From an uncultured Acidobacteriota bacterium (GTDB lineage: Bacteria > Acidobacteriota > Blastocatellia > RBC074), in NCBI GenBank assembly GCA_963796275.1, contig CAWCKY010000003.1, positions 384,001 to 448,000 of the forward strand: a DNA stretch of 64,000 bases. The letters are read 5' to 3'. The translations under genes and the position numbers were made by a program. The notes under the pieces were generated by a model that was given only the letters and a program-made list of their open reading frames with translations, was not told the DNA's origin and did not search any database. Each line of letters starts with the position of its first letter. The first letter of the stretch is position 1. This document shows, piece after piece, positions 29,783-41,705 of this stretch.

Positions 29783-30054
29783 AAACAGAATTAGGCCGGC
29801 ATTGGAGTCGATCATTACGAACGATTTCTGAAGGGTCGTTCAATGTCTTCCCGGACGGCCCTGATGATGAAAATAGAAACGATGAAAATAGAGAGGGTCT
29901 AGAGGGATTTTCATGAATCAACACATATAATAGAATCCCGATAAAATCTGACGATCCTTTTTATGTTCTGGGAAATTATCCATGTCGCAATGCGACGCCA
30001 ACCAAGAATGCAGATACTGGGAGTGCGCTTCCGGTATCTGCATAGGAGCAATCG

Positions 30055-31302
30055 ATGAATAAGAACACAATTAAACGACGGCAATTTCTCAAGCAGGCTT
30101 CAGCAAGCGCGGCGATCGGGCTTGCATACCCGACTGCTCGCATCCTCGGTGCGAATGACCGCGTTCGCCTGGGCATCATCGGCCCCGGAGCCCGCGGCCA
30201 GGAGTTGATGAAGGAGTTCCTGAAAGTTCAAAACGCCGAGTTCGTCGCCTCCGCCGATGTCTATTCGCGGCGGCACGACGAGGCGAAAAACCTCGCACCC
30301 AATATTCAGACATTCACCGATTATCGGCGTCTGCTAGATATCAAAGACATCGATGCGGTCATCGTGGCCACTCCGCTGCACTGCCACAACGTGCATTTCC
30401 TCGCCGGTCTCGCGGCAGGAAAAGACATCTACTGTGAGAAGACGATGACATGGTCGATAGATGAGGCGGAAAACTGTCTGGCCGCCGCGAAGAAATCGAA
30501 GAGTGTAATTTCGATCGGACTGCAGCATCAGAGCACGGGCGAGCTGGCAGATGCCAAGCAGTGGATCAAGGACGGCATCGTCGGCAAGATCACACACGTC
30601 GAATCCTGGATGAGCCGCAATACGCCGCGCGGCAAGGCGCAATGGGTGCGGCCGGTCCCGGATGATTGCAATGCCTCGAACGTCGATTGGAAGGCTTTTT
30701 TGAATGGAAGGCAGGGGCGGCCGTTTGACGGTAACAAATTCATCAACTGGCGCCTCTACTGGGAGTTTTCGGGCGGGAATGTGACGGAAAATATGGTGCA
30801 TCAGATCGCATTCATCATGCGAGCTCTCGATCTGCCGGTCCCGGTCGCAGCCTATATGTCAGGCGGCGTATTTTCGGAAAAAGACGGCCGCGAGGTGCCC
30901 GACACGATCGCCGTGACCCTCGACTTCCCGAATGACACGGTCGTCACCTGGCAATCGACCTTCAGCAACAGCCGCTTCGGGGCGGGCGATCGGATCCTCG
31001 GTTCGCACGGGACGATCGAAAGGCTGATGGGATCGACCGATATGGTGACCGGCAAGTCGACCTCCGGAATTCGCTACTATCCCGAGAAGGCCAATCGCGC
31101 TGACGGATCTCCGATAGAGGGGCAATCGAAAGATCAAAACCATTTTGCCAACTTCATAGATTGCGTCCGCTCACGCAAAGAGCCCAATGCACCAGTCGAT
31201 ATCGGATTCCGTTCGGCAATCGCCGCACATATGGCAAATCTGTCGTATCGGAAGAAAGAGCGAGTGACGTTGGAAACGGCGCGGCAGTCCGCTAAACGGT
31301 AA
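30055..31302 (+). CDS. Tat-exported Gfo/Idh/MocA oxidoreductase
   Basis: KRRQFLK Tat motif, GANDRVRLGIIGPGARG, ATPLHCH, YCEK. Confidence 0.93.
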   Translation: MNKNTIKRRQFLKQASASAAIGLAYPTARILGANDRVRLGIIGPGARGQELMKEFLKVQNAEFVASADVYSRRHDEAKNLAPNIQTFTDYRRLLDIKDIDAVIVATPLHCHNVHFLAGLAAGKDIYCEKTMTWSIDEAENCLAAAKKSKSVISIGLQHQSTGELADAKQWIKDGIVGKITHVESWMSRNTPRGKAQWVRPVPDDCNASNVDWKAFLNGRQGRPFDGNKFINWRLYWEFSGGNVTENMVHQIAFIMRALDLPVPVAAYMSGGVFSEKDGREVPDTIAVTLDFPNDTVVTWQSTFSNSRFGAGDRILGSHGTIERLMGSTDMVTGKSTSGIRYYPEKANRADGSPIEGQSKDQNHFANFIDCVRSRKEPNAPVDIGFRSAIAAHMANLSYRKKERVTLETARQSAKR

Positions 31303-31695
31303 CTTTGTTTTAACGCAAACCGAGAAAGGCACGAAAATAGCGGATTATTCCCAGCGAGGGAGCCTGCTACTTTTTGTGCCTTTTCTATTTAATTCCATTC
31401 ATCCGGTGGAATTGTCCTGCCATCCTCATCGCGCGCGTATTACCGTCATCGCTGTGTGTTTATGAACGGACGGGAATCGAAGGATCGCTCATCTCCGTCG
31501 CGCGTCTCTGCGACGGTGGTGTCTTGTATTTTGGTGAAACGCACGAGCCATCTCTTCCAATAATTTTTTCAACATCCCGCTTCCATTTGTCTCAGATTGT
31601 TTGATGTCGCGTGATGATAGTGATAAGAATGTTGATTAGAGGCACTGATACTTTAACTCCGGCCAGCGTCAGCGCGTTTGGTCATAGCAGTCAAT

Positions 31696-32133
31696 ATGGT
31701 TAAAACTGAACTTCCGGTCCTCCCCTCAAAACCAGATACCGGCCTAGCCAATGGCAAAGCGAAACAGTTGCCGGTACTTTACGATTGTACGAAGTGCCCG
31801 GCTTATTGCTGTTCCTATGATTGGATAGTCGTCACCAAGCGTGACATCAAGAGGCTGGCCAGGGGATTCGGTTTGAGTTATGAGGAGGCTGAGCTGAGAT
31901 TTACTAAATACGTCGAAGAGTATGGCCACCGGGTGCTACGCCATCGCAAAGACCATATTTTTAAGAGCACGTGCCGGTTCCTCCATCCCACCGAACGGCG
32001 TTGTACCATCTATGAGCACCGCCCTTCCGTGTGCCGCGAATACCCTGATTCGCGCCGGTGTCGTTATTACGAACTACTCAAATGGGAACGCGACCACCAG
32101 GACGATGAGGATTTTATTCCCTTTCAGATATGA
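31696..32133 (+). CDS. YkgJ-family cysteine-cluster (CxxCxxCC, putative Zn/Fe-chelating) protein
   Basis: CTKCPAYCC ... CRFL ... [15 protein letters not shown]. Confidence 0.88.
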   Translation: MVKTELPVLPSKPDTGLANGKAKQLPVLYDCTKCPAYCCSYDWIVVTKRDIKRLARGFGLSYEEAELRFTKYVEEYGHRVLRHRKDHIFKSTCRFLHPTERRCTIYEHRPSVCREYPDSRRCRYYELLKWERDHQDDEDFIPFQI

Positions 32134-32172
32134 GAGCCGGTGACCGAGATATTGCGTGGGCGGGCGGATTTA

Positions 32173-33768
32173 TTACAGCGCCCCTCCGCTATTCATTGCC
32201 CGGCCGCCCAATCGCCCGGTCGTTCCGGCGCCTCGTCCCCCCGCTTCCCCTCCCGCCCTTAACCGCACCAGCGCAGCGCTCAATTCGCGCTGAAGATTCC
32301 CGCAGATATGGCCGATATCGATCGTAGGGACCCCATCCATCAAATCCCGATAGAATGTGATGGCGCCCAAGCTCTTGCCGTCTTCATTGGTCAAAGGGAC
32401 TCGTAGACTCCAGAACCGATCGGAGCCCGGAACCGCGTCCAAGGGCGTTTCGCCGCATTCCCAAACCCATATGATATGGTTTCCATTTCCGGCCCAACTG
32501 CGATAACGCTTCGAATACGACTCGAAGAGCGGTTCAGCTTCGTGCAATTCAAGGGTGGCGCAATCGAACTCATCCGTCGTGAGCATATCATCGAGCGTCC
32601 GGAAGAATTGATCGAGCGTGCGAGCGCCGATCAAACTATCGCTGGTGCGCCGCATGCTAGCATTCACGGCCAGAGCCCTGCGCCTGCGGGTTACTTCCTG
32701 CTTGATCTGGCTCCCCAATTCGCTGAACTCGGCATAGCGCAGATGCTGGACGCCGAAGATGATCACCACGCCGAGCACGAAGAAGATCAGGGCCCCGATA
32801 TTACGCAGCGGATTTAAAAGCATCAATCCGAATAGCGAAAAGAGTGCGCATACAGCGTAGAGCAAAATAACAGCCTGCCGCTGCGTCAATCCGCGCTGCA
32901 GAAGCATGTGATGGATGTGTCCGCGGTCGCCCCTGAACAACGGGCGACCGCCCAGGAATCTGCGCGCGAGCGACAATCCGACCTCGATCACGGGCAGGCC
33001 GAAGGAAACCAGTGGAATGGCGATCGCTACGATGGTCGAGCCCTTCTGCGAACCAGCGAGAGACAGAGCGGCGGCCATGAATCCCAGAAAGAGACTGCCC
33101 GAGTCACCCAGAAAAATCGTAGCCGGGTTGAAGTTATATCGCAGGAATCCGACCACTGCCCCAACCAGCACGACCGAGAGCAGGCTGATTCCGGGGTTTC
33201 CTTGCGCAATAGAGAAGACCAGGATAGAGAGCAGAGCGAATACGGATGCGCCGGCGGCCAGACCGTCGATCCCATCGATAAGATTGAACGCATTCGTGAT
33301 GAGTACGATCCAGAGGGCTGTGAGAGGGAAGCTGAGCAGCAGCGGCAACTCCCAGGAACCTCCGAATGGCGATGAGAGATGCTCGATGCGCAGGCCGCCG
33401 GCATAGACCAGTGCCGCAGCGATCAGTTGAAAGAGTATCTTGATGGGCGCGGATGTCCCGCGAAAATCATCAAAGATGCCAAAGAGGAAGATGAGCGTTG
33501 CCGGCGCCAGCAGAGCGATCAGTTTAGGCAAACTCGTGCGGAAATTCTCCGTCACCAGGTTGCCGAAGAATGGGACGCAGAGCAACGTCAAAGCAAACGC
33601 CAGGTAAATTGCCACGCCCCCGAGCCGCGGCGTCGGGCGCAGATGGATGTGGCGACCGTTATCGGGCGTGGCGATAGCTCCCCATTCAGTCGCCTTGCGA
33701 CGCACGATCGGGGTTATCGACAAAGACACGAGGAACGACACTGTGAATAAGGTGAGATAAGTCCGCAT
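32173..33768 (-). CDS. wecA: WecA/MraY-family undecaprenyl-P HexNAc-1-P transferase with ~170-aa C-terminal extension
   Basis: HLRPTPRLGG, GIFDD, NAFNLIDGIDGL, YNFNPATIFLGDSGS, DRGHIHH. Confidence 0.9.
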   Translation of the reverse strand: MRTYLTLFTVSFLVSLSITPIVRRKATEWGAIATPDNGRHIHLRPTPRLGGVAIYLAFALTLLCVPFFGNLVTENFRTSLPKLIALLAPATLIFLFGIFDDFRGTSAPIKILFQLIAAALVYAGGLRIEHLSSPFGGSWELPLLLSFPLTALWIVLITNAFNLIDGIDGLAAGASVFALLSILVFSIAQGNPGISLLSVVLVGAVVGFLRYNFNPATIFLGDSGSLFLGFMAAALSLAGSQKGSTIVAIAIPLVSFGLPVIEVGLSLARRFLGGRPLFRGDRGHIHHMLLQRGLTQRQAVILLYAVCALFSLFGLMLLNPLRNIGALIFFVLGVVIIFGVQHLRYAEFSELGSQIKQEVTRRRRALAVNASMRRTSDSLIGARTLDQFFRTLDDMLTTDEFDCATLELHEAEPLFESYSKRYRSWAGNGNHIIWVWECGETPLDAVPGSDRFWSLRVPLTNEDGKSLGAITFYRDLMDGVPTIDIGHICGNLQRELSAALVRLRAGGEAGGRGAGTTGRLGGRAMNSGGAL

Positions 33769-33783
33769 ATTTTATTCATCTTT

Positions 33784-35076
33784 TCAATCGTCGGCTGCTG
33801 GTTGAGAATTGGCTTCGATCGTTTTTTTATCCCTGGATAACGATAGTGTCGATTGATGATCTAATGTCGAGGAGAGGGAATTGAGATAGTCTTCTGCGAG
33901 CGCCGAGCGCAGATAATGTGTTTTCGCGAAGCGTTGACCGTTCAGGCTCAATCGCCGCCGCAAACCCGTGTCAGCCCTTAATCTGCAGATCGCATCGATC
34001 AGGGCTTCGCTGTCCTCAGGTTCAATGCATATCCCCGCATCAGCGCGGGTCACGAGCTCGGCTGCCTCGCCCGCTACGCTGCAAATGATGGGACAACCCG
34101 TTCCCATCAATTCGAAGAGCTTGGAGGGAAGGACTTTTTGAAATACCGGTAGCCGTTTGAGCGGCACAATGCTCACGTCGCTCGCGCGATAATAGGCCCG
34201 CAGCGCTTCGCGCGGTTGTTCGTCGATGAACGTCACGTTGCTCAGGCTCAACTCGGCTGCCCGTCTCTTTAAACGCTCTTTCTCCGCGCCTTCTCCGACG
34301 AAGAGAAAATGAAGAGCGGATTCCGATTGCAATCGCCCAGCCGCTTGCAGTACGACATCCAGCGCGTGCGACATCCCGTGTGTGCCGATATAAGAAACGA
34401 TGAAGCTGTCGCGCAGTTTTTGTCGTATCGGTGGCGGCGTGCCGTCTGCGTCCGCGAGATATCGGGCATCGATGCCGTTGGGAACACACTTGATTTTTGT
34501 GGCAGGGATGCCTTTGCCGATGAGATAAGAAGTTGTCGATTCGGCGACCACCACGATCAATCGGGCGCGGCGATAAAGGAATAGCTCGATGGCTTCAAGG
34601 CCGCTGATAATCAGCGGGTTTTTCAGTGCGCCGAGTTCGACCGCCGATTGCGGCCAGATGTCCCGTACTTCGAAAACAAAGGGCGCACGCTTGACGATAC
34701 TCAGTAAATAAGCGGCCGCCGCGCAGAAGAATTGCGGCGATGTGCCGATAATTACGTCCGGCCTCCCGGTCATCAGAAAACCGAGGACCAGCGAAGAGAA
34801 AAAGAAAGAGAAGAAATTCAAAATGCGTCTGAAGAAACCTTTGTTCGCAGTGCAATAGACCCAGGTTCTGAGCAGCTTTATTCCCTCGATATTTTCGCTT
34901 TTAACGAAATATCCGCGATATTCGGGCCGGATGTTGCCGGTCGGATGGTTGGGGAAACCGGTGATTACCGTGACGTCATGGCCGAGGCTGGCCCAATGCC
35001 GCGCGTGCTCGAATGTACGCGCTGAAGGCGCTCCCATCTCGGGAGGAAAGTATTGACAAAGAAATGTGATTTTCAC
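33784..35076 (-). CDS. GT4 glycosyltransferase (WbuB-like)
   Basis: QYFPPEMGA, TGFPNHP, FEVRDIWPQS, PSKLFE. Confidence 0.92.
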   Translation of the reverse strand: MKITFLCQYFPPEMGAPSARTFEHARHWASLGHDVTVITGFPNHPTGNIRPEYRGYFVKSENIEGIKLLRTWVYCTANKGFFRRILNFFSFFFSSLVLGFLMTGRPDVIIGTSPQFFCAAAAYLLSIVKRAPFVFEVRDIWPQSAVELGALKNPLIISGLEAIELFLYRRARLIVVVAESTTSYLIGKGIPATKIKCVPNGIDARYLADADGTPPPIRQKLRDSFIVSYIGTHGMSHALDVVLQAAGRLQSESALHFLFVGEGAEKERLKRRAAELSLSNVTFIDEQPREALRAYYRASDVSIVPLKRLPVFQKVLPSKLFELMGTGCPIICSVAGEAAELVTRADAGICIEPEDSEALIDAICRLRADTGLRRRLSLNGQRFAKTHYLRSALAEDYLNSLSSTLDHQSTLSLSRDKKTIEANSQPAADD

Positions 35077-35199
35077 TTTTTGTTAAAGGTGAATATTGAA
35101 AGTCAGGAGGCAAGCAGATAAGGGGAGAAAATGAATATTGCGGAGGCTCTCCCTATCTTAAATTCTCTCTCTGCTCTCTCACCCTTTGGGGGGAATCCG

Positions 35200-36963
35200 C
35201 TATCGGCGCATGATTTTGTACCCGAACGCCTTTTCGTTTGTAGTGCGATACTCGATACAGATCGTTGCGTTTCGCCTTGCAATTCCGAAATCAGGGAAAT
35301 ACCACCCTTGAATCGGCCCTTCGCCGCCACTGATTATCTGCAGGCCACTTGCTCCGAATGTTTCTATCAAAATCTCCGTCTGGCCGAAATTGCACGCGAC
35401 CGTGAGCCCCTCCCTGGCATTGACCTGCACGTCCGGGTGCAGATGAATGAAACTCGTTGCCTTCTCGGAAGCGCCAGATACCAGCCGGTCTGTGATATGC
35501 CATTCCCCGCTTGCTTCGCGTTCGATCTGCCGTTCGTGAATCAGTCGTGAATCGTAATAGGGCCGGTATTTAGCGCGGAAACGCCAGCTCCGCCGGTCTC
35601 CCGACACTTCTACGCCGACGACTCGTGCCCGCCGCGCCATTCGAAAAGTCCCCCATATTTCCGATTGTTCGCGGCCATCGAACATGACGGTGTTGTGCGC
35701 GCGCGTCGAACGGGAGTATTCGCGAAAGCGGTCTTCGCCATAACCGTGAACTCCGGAATCGACTATGAATGGTGCGCCATCGAGCCACAGTTCATAACTC
35801 GCGAGATCGCAATGCGCGTGCGCGGAGTTGTAACCGGCTGAAGGTGGCCCCGCATCGACTATGATCTTCTCCCGTTCATCGTTTGAGACCCAGATGTAGT
35901 AACCGGTTTTTGAAAAGGAGAGCGGAACGTGGCTTTCAAAAACGCCTGCGATCCGGGCTGAAGATTCGAGGATCGGTTTCGGCTTGCACTCTCCGGCATT
36001 CGCCGAGTCGTTGAAGAGCGCGAGCGTCCCGTCAGGATAGCTCATCGCATCGAGGAATCGCGCCATCGTGCTCAATTTCGCTTCAATACCACCGTGCTTG
36101 GGAACCCGATCGCAGGCTCTCAACAATGCGTAGCTCTCCAAGAAATCGGTCAAAACCTGGGTGTGATACATCGGAGAGCGTTCGTAATGCCCGCCGTCTT
36201 CCAGTATTTGTTCGTCAAATTCGCGCCACAACAGACTTTCACCTTTACCCAGCCATTTTTTGTTGTTGAAGAACAACCCGCCGACCACCAGCGCCTTCAC
36301 GTTTTTGAGGAGATGGTTGGCGAGATGTTGATATTCTAGATGGAAATGCAGGAAATCGAGCTGTTGGTTTATGCTCCCACGCCATCTCTCCAGAAATTGT
36401 CGATCATCGAAGCAACCTGAGATGAGCGAATACGCATAGATCCAATTGACTGTGCGCAGAGAGAGCGGATACGGATCCCAACCGTCGCTCTTTCCAATCC
36501 GGGCCTCTTCGATCCAGCTGATGATCAATTTTCGACAGGCTTGCAGGGCGCACTCATCGCCACGTTCGACGAGCGCGCGCGCAGCCGGAACGGCGTAGTT
36601 GAAGTAGTGGAGCTGGTAATTCCAGAGATGGCTTTCATACCTGCGATTCCAGTCAACCGGATCTATCTCCAATGAACGATTGAGGAATGTGAACCGATGG
36701 TCGATCAGGTCTTGTAACTGTTGATCGTGATCTTCAATCGGCCGAACAAAAAAATAGTTTTCCAGAACCGACCGAATAATCCCACTGGCGCCAGGCGCGG
36801 TTAGCGGTGCAGTTGTCCGCACATCGGTCCATCGCGATGTCGATTGTGGGACAGCTTTGTAAAATCGATATTGCGCCATTCGCAATGGGCGATACGCCAG
36901 CTGTTGCCAGCGCAAATGCCTGAGCGTTCGAAAGAGCCTGAGAGAATACGAAACTGGCATCAA
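35200..36963 (-). CDS. Heparinase II/III-like protein (polysaccharide-locus type)
   Basis: LWNYQLHYF, ANHLLKN, DGGHYERSPMYH, HAHCD, RSTRAHNTV. Confidence 0.9.
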   Translation of the reverse strand: MMPVSYSLRLFRTLRHLRWQQLAYRPLRMAQYRFYKAVPQSTSRWTDVRTTAPLTAPGASGIIRSVLENYFFVRPIEDHDQQLQDLIDHRFTFLNRSLEIDPVDWNRRYESHLWNYQLHYFNYAVPAARALVERGDECALQACRKLIISWIEEARIGKSDGWDPYPLSLRTVNWIYAYSLISGCFDDRQFLERWRGSINQQLDFLHFHLEYQHLANHLLKNVKALVVGGLFFNNKKWLGKGESLLWREFDEQILEDGGHYERSPMYHTQVLTDFLESYALLRACDRVPKHGGIEAKLSTMARFLDAMSYPDGTLALFNDSANAGECKPKPILESSARIAGVFESHVPLSFSKTGYYIWVSNDEREKIIVDAGPPSAGYNSAHAHCDLASYELWLDGAPFIVDSGVHGYGEDRFREYSRSTRAHNTVMFDGREQSEIWGTFRMARRARVVGVEVSGDRRSWRFRAKYRPYYDSRLIHERQIEREASGEWHITDRLVSGASEKATSFIHLHPDVQVNAREGLTVACNFGQTEILIETFGASGLQIISGGEGPIQGWYFPDFGIARRNATICIEYRTTNEKAFGYKIMRR

Positions 36964-37059
36964 GGTTATGGAAACAAAGAAATCATCAGGTACAAAATGG
37001 GCAAAGAAATTTTTGCTCCTTTTGTCTCCGGTTGCCTTTTTTGCTTCCTTTCTTAAATT

Positions 37060-39207
37060 TCAAATCTCAAATTTCAAATCCACGGTCTCCGGTCTACCGC
37101 TTCCCAGCGCATCGACGATCCTCAGGGTTGTCACCGTCGTCAAGACCTGGCTTCGCCACGAGATCGGCAAATCGCCGCCGGTTAACGCTGTATGTAAGAA
37201 CGCCGACAACTCCCGATCGAATCCCTTATCCTGAGCCAGCTTCTTTACGACTCTGCGTTTTCCTTCCTTCCACATTTCGAGCGCGCGAAAATCGTCGAGC
37301 GCGGCGATGCGATTTCCACCGTAGACCTCAATTCGCTCTTTGGGATAACTTTTATCGCCGGTGGCGAAATAATTGATGTTCCCGATAGAGCCGTCGCTCA
37401 TTTTGATGACGATGCTCAAAGTGTCCATGCCACACGAGCTCTGGTACGCGAAGGTTTCGATCGGCTCTGCATCCGTGAGGAACTGCATGTAATCGACGAA
37501 ATGGCATACTTCACCCAGGATACGGCCGCCGCCCTCCTCACCCTGAACCCAGCTCTCCTTCGGAACAGCGCCGGCATTGATCCGATAAGTGATTGCAAGC
37601 GCACCCGCGCCGTCAAAAAATCTCTTCAATTCGTCTGAAAGGGACGAGAATCGCCGATTGAATCCAACCATCACCCGTCCATTAGATCGCCCCACCGTTT
37701 CTGAAACCTCTTGCAAATCCTCCTCGCTGATCGCCAGCGGCTTTTCCAGGTAGACGGTTTTCCCAGCGCGCACGGCCTCTGCCGTTATCCGTGCGTGCGT
37801 GTCGTGGCGGGTCGCAATGAAAACGGTATTGATCTCGTTGTGAGAGAGCAATTCGCGATAATCGGTTGTACAGAAGCGAAAACCGTATTTTTCACCGGTG
37901 GCTTTTGCATTTCTGCCCGTCGCAGTCGCGATGGCGATGAGGCTTATTTTTTTTGCCCTTGATAGCCGCGGCAACAGGATGCTCCTGGCGAAGTTGCCCG
38001 CTCCGATCAGGCCGAGTTTGAGCTCGGCCAGGTCAACCCTGCTATTCAGAGCAATTGTTCTCGAGAGGGCCACTCGACCTCGCGTCTCATCATATTTCAG
38101 CAGGATACCGAGATACGGTTCCTTGTTTTTTCCGGCGATCAGTTCATATGCGGTTTCTGCCCGGGCTATCGGGAAGCGATGCGTAATCAACGGATCGAGT
38201 ATGACGGCCTTCGTCGAAACCAGCCTCAGAAATTCCTGCATGTTCCGTCGTTCCGTCCAACGCACATAACCGATTGGATAATCGATCCCGCGCTCTTCAT
38301 ATTGCGCGTCATATCGTCCCGGGCCGTATGACCGGGAGAGACGCAGCTGCAGCTCTTTTTCGTAATAGATTTTGCGAGGGACATCGAGAGGCGCCGCGCC
38401 CACGACTGAAACGATCGCACGGTCGCGCGCCAGCGTTCCGGCCAGCTCGATCGGATCGCTCGTCTCCGCAGCCGCCGTCATGACTATCGCATCGACGCCA
38501 TAGCCTCCCGTAAATTGTGCGACAGCTTCCAGGACATCGCCATTGCGCGAGACGGCCGCATCGGCCCCAAGAGCGCGGGCCAATTCGATGCGAGCCGAAT
38601 CGAGGTCGATCCCGATCACGCGGCAGCCTGCAGCTTTTAATATCTGCACGGTCAACTGCCCGACTAGACCGAGACCGATCACCGCGGCTGAATCGCCGAG
38701 TTTCAATTCCGCTGTCCGGACACCCTGTAGCGCGATCGCTCCGAGTGTAACGAACGCGGCTTCATCGAAGCTCACTCCCTCAGGAATATTGACAGCCAGG
38801 TTTTTCGGAATGAAAACAGTTTCGGCATGCGAGGCATAGTTCATCCCGGCGCAAGCTACGCGATCGCCGACCCTGAACTCATGCGCGCCGCGGCCAACCT
38901 CGCGCACGATACCGGCGCAACTGTATCCGAGCGCGAGCGGCGTCTCCAGACGGGCTTTCACTGTCTCTATCGTGCTTATCAACCCGTCCCGTCTTAGTTT
39001 GTTGACCACCTGTCGCACCAGGTCCGGCCGCTCCCTGGCTTTTCCAACCAGAGTCTTTTGTGCCAGTTCGATCACCATCTTCTCGGTCCCCGCGCTGATC
39101 AACGATGCGGCGTTGCTTACGAGGATGCCGCCACTATGGCAGATGGTTTCCGGCACCTCATCGACTTTGAGCTCGCCGGAGCGGAAGTTTTGAATGACTT
39201 GTTTCAT
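37060..39207 (-). CDS. Bi-domain oxidoreductase (MDR/Zn-ADH-like + Gfo/Idh/MocA)
   Basis: SLISAGTE, LGYSCAG, GLGLVG, SRSYGPGRYD; second domain IGAGNFA, LEKPLA, GEVCHFVD. Confidence 0.92.
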   Translation of the reverse strand: MKQVIQNFRSGELKVDEVPETICHSGGILVSNAASLISAGTEKMVIELAQKTLVGKARERPDLVRQVVNKLRRDGLISTIETVKARLETPLALGYSCAGIVREVGRGAHEFRVGDRVACAGMNYASHAETVFIPKNLAVNIPEGVSFDEAAFVTLGAIALQGVRTAELKLGDSAAVIGLGLVGQLTVQILKAAGCRVIGIDLDSARIELARALGADAAVSRNGDVLEAVAQFTGGYGVDAIVMTAAAETSDPIELAGTLARDRAIVSVVGAAPLDVPRKIYYEKELQLRLSRSYGPGRYDAQYEERGIDYPIGYVRWTERRNMQEFLRLVSTKAVILDPLITHRFPIARAETAYELIAGKNKEPYLGILLKYDETRGRVALSRTIALNSRVDLAELKLGLIGAGNFARSILLPRLSRAKKISLIAIATATGRNAKATGEKYGFRFCTTDYRELLSHNEINTVFIATRHDTHARITAEAVRAGKTVYLEKPLAISEEDLQEVSETVGRSNGRVMVGFNRRFSSLSDELKRFFDGAGALAITYRINAGAVPKESWVQGEEGGGRILGEVCHFVDYMQFLTDAEPIETFAYQSSCGMDTLSIVIKMSDGSIGNINYFATGDKSYPKERIEVYGGNRIAALDDFRALEMWKEGKRRVVKKLAQDKGFDRELSAFLHTALTGGDLPISWRSQVLTTVTTLRIVDALGSGRPETVDLKFEI

Positions 39208-39314
39208 TTGCTAGAAATGTAAAAGGGAACCGAGAAGTACCAAAAGAGGCAAAATTTGCAATTTTTATCGCCTTGCCTTATTACACTGGGAATTATGTTT
39301 CTTGTTGATCGACC

Positions 39315-39395
39315 AATCAGTACCCCGAGCGGTAGCGAGCGTTGTACTCGAGCCAGTTGATTGAGACACGCTCGCTACCGCTCGCGGTACTGATT
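39315..39395. repeat. REP-like long hairpin
   Basis: AATCAGTACCCCGAGCGGTAGCGAGCG ... CGCTCGCTACCGCTCGCGGTACTGATT (27-bp arms, 1 mismatch). Confidence 0.8.
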
Positions 39396-39467
39396 CGAAC
39401 GCCGTTTAAACATCAATTAACTTTGTTTCCAAAGTACATATCCTACCCGGCTGCTTCCATCTCACCT

Positions 39468-41372
<1,905 letters not shown>

Positions 41373-41387
41373 AAAATCAGTTAGTTA

Positions 41388-41636
41388 TCTGAACCGTGTG
41401 CAATTAAAGTCCAAAAGAATCAATAGTCTTGCATCTCAGCGCCGGAGGCGCGTAATCTCTATAGTTCACGATCCTAACCATAATCCGAGCTCCGGAGGAG
41501 CGACATATGAATGCTTATAGATCGCTCCTCCGGAGCTCGTGAGAATTTTGGTGATCGAATACTATAAACATTCCCGCGCCTCTGGCGCTCAGGTCCGAAG
41601 ATACTGATTCCAATGATCTTTCATTTGCACGTCTTT
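41388..41636. repeat. MITE/REP-like nested palindrome, copy 1
   Basis: Core AGCTCCGGAGGAGCGA…TCGCTCCTCCGGAGCT, outer AGCGCCGGAGGCGCG…CGCGCCTCTGGCGCT, terminal GTGCAATTAAAG…CTTTCATTTGCAC; flanked by AGTTAGTTA direct repeats. Confidence 0.8.
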
Positions 41637-41705
41637 AGTTAGTTACCGAGGTTTCAATCGCACGATGAACTACGGGATGCCGACCGAACCAGCAGTAATG
41701 ACTGA

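Noticed and set aside
31374-31620. 76-aa plus-strand ORF and a 28-aa Arg-rich minus-strand ORF (MLKKLLEEMARAFHQ…)
   Set aside because: No convincing RBS or motif; cannot be supported without homology or Ribo-seq
41379-41645. GTTAGTT motifs as integron attC sites
   Set aside because: No RYYYAAC/GTTRRRY pairing in attC geometry, no integrase, and genes are not individually bounded by such sites
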